A stretch of DNA of 64,000 nt from Thermoproteota archaeon (GTDB lineage Archaea; Thermoproteota; Thermoprotei_A; Sulfolobales; Ignisphaeraceae), in the NCBI GenBank assembly GCA_030550585.1, contig JAUQPB010000002.1, forward strand, positions 96,001 to 160,000. Direction: 5' to 3'. The stretch's first letter is position 1; every line of letters begins with the position of its first letter. Positions 60,334 through 64,000 of this stretch are shown here, piece after piece. The notes under the pieces were generated by a model, which was not told the DNA's origin, did not search any database, and saw nothing but the letters and a program-made list of their open reading frames with translations. Both the position numbers and the translations under genes were made by a program.

Positions 60334-61536
60334 TTATAGAGCTTTTTCTGAAACAATCTTTTCTATAGTTTCTATATAGTTTCTTACCTTTTCAGGCAAG
60401 CCACTTATATCTATGGTTGCAAACCCTCTTACCAATGCTGAAATAGCTTCGTCTCTAGAAAAACCTTTGCTAATCAGATAGTTTATCTCGTCTTCTGCAA
60501 GCCTCCCTATAGATGCTTCATGAGTTAAGATTACATCGGGGTGTTTAGCTATGAGCTCTGGGACTGTTTGTATAAGTGAGTTATTTGACATCATAAGACC
60601 TCTACAGTCAATATGGCCTTTGCCCATTCTTCCACCAGTGATTTGGGCCCTCATAACGATTTTTGACTCATCCCTTGCAATAGCTCTTGAAACAAGTTCT
60701 GCTGATGCTCCATCTCCCTCTATATATGCTGCACTACCAACATCTATATCAGAATCCTCCAAGCCAAGTATAATAGATGCTAAGAACGCCCTTGAATTGC
60801 TTGAGAGATAAACCTTTGGGTAGGTCTGAAGTGTTTTAACTTTTGATATATTGACATAGTATGAAACATACTCTCCCTCTTCATCAACACTAACAACAGT
60901 TCTTGGCCTTACATGCGCAACTTTATTCCATGAATGGACCATCACAAATCTGAGCTTGGCCTTTCTACCAACAAAGAATTCTGATATCCCAACATGGAGT
61001 CCTAGAACCTCTGGTGCAATTGTACAGCCAGTATAGACAGTTGCTTCAGCACCATCTTCAACAACAACTATGTTATGTGGTGCTTGAAGACCCTTATAGC
61101 TCATATACAAGCAAGCCATTATAGGCTCGTCAACTTTACTGCCTTTCTTAACTCTTATGAAATACCCTCCCCTACCTCTAAGATAAGCCAAAGCTGTAAA
61201 TTTATCTGTAGATGGGTCAATAAGCCTCCATGCAAATTCCATTGCCTCATCAGGTTTCTGCTCAATGAAATCCTCAATCCTATACACCTCAACGCCAGGG
61301 ATCCTACTCAAATACTTAAAGTAGCTTTGATCAACCTGTATGTACAAGGCATTCGCATTCAGGTTGACTCCAACTTCCTCGGCTTTAGATACATCAAGAA
61401 GACCCTTAGATCTATTCCCAACTTCCTCGGCTTCCAGATACTGAGATATATCTATGTCTAAACCATATGGAGATGGCTTATCCAGCGCCTTTACTGCCTT
61501 TTCTCTTAATTCGCTATGCCAATCCTTTAAACCCAT
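60334..61536 (-). CDS. sufB: Fe-S cluster assembly SufB/SufD-family (SmsB-like) protein
   Basis: TGCT, HVGISEF, HVRP, GHIDCRGL, LTHEASIG. Confidence 0.9.
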   Translation of the reverse strand: MGLKDWHSELREKAVKALDKPSPYGLDIDISQYLEAEEVGNRSKGLLDVSKAEEVGVNLNANALYIQVDQSYFKYLSRIPGVEVYRIEDFIEQKPDEAMEFAWRLIDPSTDKFTALAYLRGRGGYFIRVKKGSKVDEPIMACLYMSYKGLQAPHNIVVVEDGAEATVYTGCTIAPEVLGLHVGISEFFVGRKAKLRFVMVHSWNKVAHVRPRTVVSVDEEGEYVSYYVNISKVKTLQTYPKVYLSSNSRAFLASIILGLEDSDIDVGSAAYIEGDGASAELVSRAIARDESKIVMRAQITGGRMGKGHIDCRGLMMSNNSLIQTVPELIAKHPDVILTHEASIGRLAEDEINYLISKGFSRDEAISALVRGFATIDISGLPEKVRNYIETIEKIVSEKAL

Positions 61537-62221
61537 ACTTCATCACCTTGTATAACAAGTTTTCATCTCCACAGGTAGAAATGGTTCCATTGATCATTAT
61601 GCACACCCTACTGGGCTCTATAAATCTGGTTATAAAGGCTGAGTGAGTGACTATAATAATTGATCTAAATGGAGACTCTTCAACCAATTTTTTCAAACCT
61701 TTTGCAATAATTTCTATAGAATCCACATCAACACCTGTGTCAGGCTCATCAACTAATGCAATCTTGGGCTTTTGTGCAAGAAGTGTGGCAATCTCAACTC
61801 TTTTTAACTCACCTCCAGAAAAGCCCTTACCAAATTCTCGATGAAGCAAATGCTCTATAGACATTTCCCTCGCTATTTCATATACATCGCATTTATTCTT
61901 CTTACAAAGCATTGATAACATATCGAAAACCTTTATCCCTAAGAGCTTTGGAGGTATCTGATGACCTATTGCAATACCCTTAGCAACCCTATACTCAATT
62001 GGCTTGTCAGTTAAATCTTCACTTTCGAAAATAATCTTACCAGAAGATATGTTGTATCCAGGATAGCCAACAACAGCCCTTAAAAAAGTTGTTTTTCCCG
62101 CGCCATTAGGACCTAAAAGAAATACTATGTCATTTTCATAGACATCTAAATTAGCACCTCTAACAACAAGCCTTCCTCCAGATACCACGTCCAAGTCTTT
62201 AACGCTAAGCACAATACTCAT
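61514..62221 (-). CDS. sufC: Fe-S cluster assembly ABC ATPase SufC (SmsC-like)
   Basis: GPNGAGKT, GFSGGELKR, VDEPDTGVD, VTH; overlaps sufB. Confidence 0.9.
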   Translation of the reverse strand: MSIVLSVKDLDVVSGGRLVVRGANLDVYENDIVFLLGPNGAGKTTFLRAVVGYPGYNISSGKIIFESEDLTDKPIEYRVAKGIAIGHQIPPKLLGIKVFDMLSMLCKKNKCDVYEIAREMSIEHLLHREFGKGFSGGELKRVEIATLLAQKPKIALVDEPDTGVDVDSIEIIAKGLKKLVEESPFRSIIIVTHSAFITRFIEPSRVCIMINGTISTCGDENLLYKVMKYGFKGLA

Positions 62222-62508
62222 ATGATCACCTGCCTCTAGAGAGTGGTTGATACCTTAAATATGCATTTTATGGAAAAATTTAGCCATTCCGCACATGAAG
62301 TTATTTCTACGGAGTATAAATAAGCTCATCATAAAAATAGATTTAAACCAGAAAATGCTGGGCAACAGAAATCAATGATAATAAGAAACACTAGGAAGGT
62401 AAATCAAGGTGTTGTAGAATTAACAATATAAAAAATTTATTTTTGGGCTAGATATGCAAATAATGAATTAAAGGCTATGTTCAAAACATCTTGCTACATA
62501 GGTGGTAA

Positions 62509-62874
62509 TTGATGGCTACTGCAAAACAGGTTTATTTAGCTAAAAAACTTGAGGAAAAATATGGTGCTATAGGCAAAGTTGCAGGAAGGTACTTAGAAGC
62601 TGGGCTATCGATAGAGATAAACCATCCAACGAGATATGGGCCAATACATATCGTGGCTAGAGGAGGTAAAAATATTTATGCGATAGAAGTTGTGGATAAG
62701 CCGGGAAAGCTAAGTTTAGACGTAGTAAGAAATTTGGTTGAAAAGGCAAAGATAGTAAAAGCAAAGCCTATACTGGTCTTGTGCTCCAATGCTATTAGCG
62801 TTGGCGATGAGGTATACAAGTTCTGCATTGAGAATGGTGTAAAAATTAAATTGTTTAGAAGTGGTGAGAAATAG
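62509..62874 (+). CDS. restriction-endonuclease-fold (PD-(D/E)XK-like) protein, probably inactive
   Basis: GPIHIVARGG...YAIEVV pattern with the expected D and K replaced. Confidence 0.5.
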   Translation: MMATAKQVYLAKKLEEKYGAIGKVAGRYLEAGLSIEINHPTRYGPIHIVARGGKNIYAIEVVDKPGKLSLDVVRNLVEKAKIVKAKPILVLCSNAISVGDEVYKFCIENGVKIKLFRSGEK

Positions 62875-62888
62875 CAGGTGGCAAAACT

Positions 62889-63410
62889 ATGGCACATGGG
62901 ATCAATGATGGTCTAATTCGCGATTCTATACTAAATGTTGCAAATCTAATGGCGATATCTGCTATAACAGCTCCCAAGGCAAGAGGGGTAGACAATATTA
63001 TAGTCAAGGTTATAAGTGATGAGAAGGAGATTGAACAACTAGCTAAGAAAATGGAGGAGTTGTCTAAAGAATATGGCGAGTTCTTTTCAAGAGATGCGAA
63101 TAATGTTAGGAGAAGTGTGGCTGTGGTTTTGATAGGTTGTAAGAATGTTAAAATGGGGCTGAAAACGCCATTGAAATGGGCATTGGATGCAGATACTGTG
63201 TGTAGCTTGGTTAATCTTGGTATAGCCATAGGATCAGCTGTAAAAACAGCGTCTATGCTGAATGTTGATAATAGGATAATGTTTAGCGTTGGTGTCGCGG
63301 CTCAAGAGCTTGGTCTTATAGAGGCGGATTATGTGTTCGGGATACCACTTTCTGCATACTCAAAGAACATATATTTTGATAGAGTATGGCCCCAGCCAAA
63401 AAGCTCATAG
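62889..63410 (+). CDS. DUF2148/COG4739-like protein
   Basis: SAITAPKARGVDNI, NLGIAIGSA, VDNRIMFSVG, KNIYFDR. Confidence 0.85.
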   Translation: MAHGINDGLIRDSILNVANLMAISAITAPKARGVDNIIVKVISDEKEIEQLAKKMEELSKEYGEFFSRDANNVRRSVAVVLIGCKNVKMGLKTPLKWALDADTVCSLVNLGIAIGSAVKTASMLNVDNRIMFSVGVAAQELGLIEADYVFGIPLSAYSKNIYFDRVWPQPKSS

Positions 63411-63421
63411 AGATAGGGAAA

Positions 63422-63931
63422 ATGGACTCCGCAACAATAATTCAATATGCTATGATATTTGTATTGTCTTTTCTACCCATATCTGAAGTGAGAGGGGGTA
63501 TACCATTAGCATTCTTTTATTTTCATGAAGACTTCGGCAAACTAGCACTTGGGATTGTAGTTTCAGTTATAGGAAATCTTCTTGTAGCCCCCTTTGTTCT
63601 ATATCTATTGAAATACATTGATAATTTTATCAGAAATTATAGATTAGTTCCAGAGAAGATCAGAAGGGCATACATATGGGTTATGGACTATGTCAAGAGG
63701 AAAAGCAAGAGCTTTGAAAAATATGAGATGTTGGGACTTGCAATATTTGTTGCCATACCCCTTCCAGCAACAGGTGCTTGGACAGCATCGCTCATAGCAT
63801 TCTTGATAGGAATGAATAGGAAAAAAGCCTTGATATCGATAGAAGCAGGGGTTATTGGGGCGTCAGCAATAGTGGCAATAGTGTGTTTATTGGGCTTAGA
63901 AATACTTAAAAAATTGTTTCTCATACAATAA
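63422..63931 (+). CDS. small multidrug export-like membrane protein (COG2426)
   Basis: LPISEVRGGIP, FVAIPLPATGAWT. Confidence 0.88.
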   Translation: MDSATIIQYAMIFVLSFLPISEVRGGIPLAFFYFHEDFGKLALGIVVSVIGNLLVAPFVLYLLKYIDNFIRNYRLVPEKIRRAYIWVMDYVKRKSKSFEKYEMLGLAIFVAIPLPATGAWTASLIAFLIGMNRKKALISIEAGVIGASAIVAIVCLLGLEILKKLFLIQ

Positions 63932-63934
63932 AAA

Positions 63935-63989
63935 TGGATGATGAGTCCTAGACCAAGCCAAAAGGTGACGAATCTCCGTTTTCTGATCA
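63935..63989 (+). ncRNA. box C/D sRNA (possible tRNA D-loop target)
   Basis: ATGATGA-GTCCTAGACCAAG-CCAA-aag-GTGACGA-ATCTCCGTTTT-CTGA. Confidence 0.7.
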
Positions 63990-64000
63990 AGATACTGATT

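Noticed and set aside
62280-62335. Possible C/D RNA on the - strand (TCATCAT at 62326)
   Set aside because: No convincing D, D' or C' boxes at the correct spacing.
1234-63990. Many short ORFs antisense to or nested in well-supported genes (e.g. 2286-2852, 7431-7925, 47833-48261, 56281-56712, 62855-63229)
   Set aside because: They overlap confident genes and carry no recognisable motifs.

Overview
This window is AT-rich archaeal chromosome from a crenarchaeote. Rpo13, Cren7, Ced genes, the cbf5 intron and the gene order point to Desulfurococcales, Ignisphaera-like; the taxon is an inference. From left to right it holds: (1) an Lhr helicase followed by Ced DNA-import genes (cedA1, an enlarged cedA and a possible cedA2) and rpo13; (2) the conserved PCNA-PriS-Gins15-L44e-S27e-aIF2a-Nop10 cluster, with a second PCNA and an AbrB gene; (3) rtcB; (4) the L22-to-SecY-L34e-cmk-L14e-cbf5 ribosomal superoperon, where cmk has no canonical start codon and cbf5 is split by a 32-nt BHB intron; (5) an ~8 kb module between tRNA-Ser and tRNA-Tyr that encodes a secreted GH5-unknown module-GH12 glycosidase and a type IV pilus platform with three pilin-like genes; (6) housekeeping, transport and RNA-modification genes. 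Reading the intergenic DNA gave eight box C/D guide RNAs and one H/ACA-like RNA that the ORF track does not show. The most notable items are the glycosidase plus pilus module, a C/D RNA whose two guides match the 5' end and the 3' anti-SD end of 16S rRNA, the Lhr-Ced linkage, and a GlmS lacking its catalytic Cys1. I saw no CRISPR array, transposase or rRNA. All calls rest on motif recognition and recalled rRNA consensus; no searches were run.
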